Of a DNA stretch of 64,000 bases, positions 63,838 through 64,000 are shown in pieces; position 1 is the stretch's first letter; the number at the start of each line of letters is the position of its first letter. The translations under genes were made by a program, and so were the position numbers. Under the pieces are notes generated by a model. The model did no database searches, was not told where the DNA came from, and saw only the letters and a program-made list of their open reading frames with translations. Origin of the DNA: a virus (taxonomy: Duplodnaviria > Caudoviricetes); the IMG/VR virus record IMGVR_UViG_2846458514_000001, positions 4,277 to 68,276 of that record. One strand, given 5' to 3'.

Positions 63838-64000
63838 TGCCATGGCCCTGCCCATTCCATTTTGCCAGCATTTCGCGGATCGCCTGTTCGAACGGTACGG
63901 TATCGCGCTGCGCGCGGGGGAATACGAGGATCTGTTCATACAGATCCGGGACCGGCGGGGCCTGTTCCTCAACCGACTGGATCGCTCCGGGTCCGAGATA
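63837..64000 (+). CDS. Hypothetical protein, 3'-truncated by the window
   Basis: TAATG-coupled; HFADRLFERYG. Confidence 0.45.
   Translation, partial: MPWPCPFHFASISRIACSNGTVSRCARGNTRICSYRSGTGGACSSTDWIAPGPR

Noticed and set aside
1-64000. tRNA/rRNA genes, IS transposases, introns or inteins
   Set aside because: None recognisable by eye; a tRNAscan-SE/Rfam/ISfinder run would be needed to exclude them fully.

Overview
This is a high-GC alphaproteobacterial phage-plasmid segment; an acetic-acid-bacterium host is my inference, and the perfect GAAC-N7-GAAC LexA box supports Alphaproteobacteria. It carries a plasmid replicon (RepA, ~22-bp-period iterons, AT-rich tract, DnaA box), ParA with a small partner, and a Cre-like tyrosine recombinase. 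The myovirus morphogenesis region has a capsid and sheath resembling SPO1/Twort-type proteins and an intact contractile tail and baseplate. The head module looks damaged: only a portal-like N-terminus remains, no prohead protease is visible, and there is an out-of-frame fusion at ~19050. There is also an immunity/lytic-replication block (repressor, Cro-RusA fusion, initiator, DnaN, methyltransferases), two TA pairs, umuDC and a GH108 endolysin. Several non-coding signals are visible by eye: (1) seven CG(A/G)GAA-N6-TTATCG recombination-site-like elements between 48.9 and 63.3 kb, mostly at accessory-module boundaries, which are the best candidate for an undescribed cassette system; (2) four perfect TTGCATGCATGCATGCAA palindromes; (3) a RTCGTGA(C/T)GN-nAnnnT late-promoter motif, often leaderless; (4) a UUU_CGU +1 frameshift site in the tail chaperone. 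All product calls come from motif recognition and gene order, not database searches.
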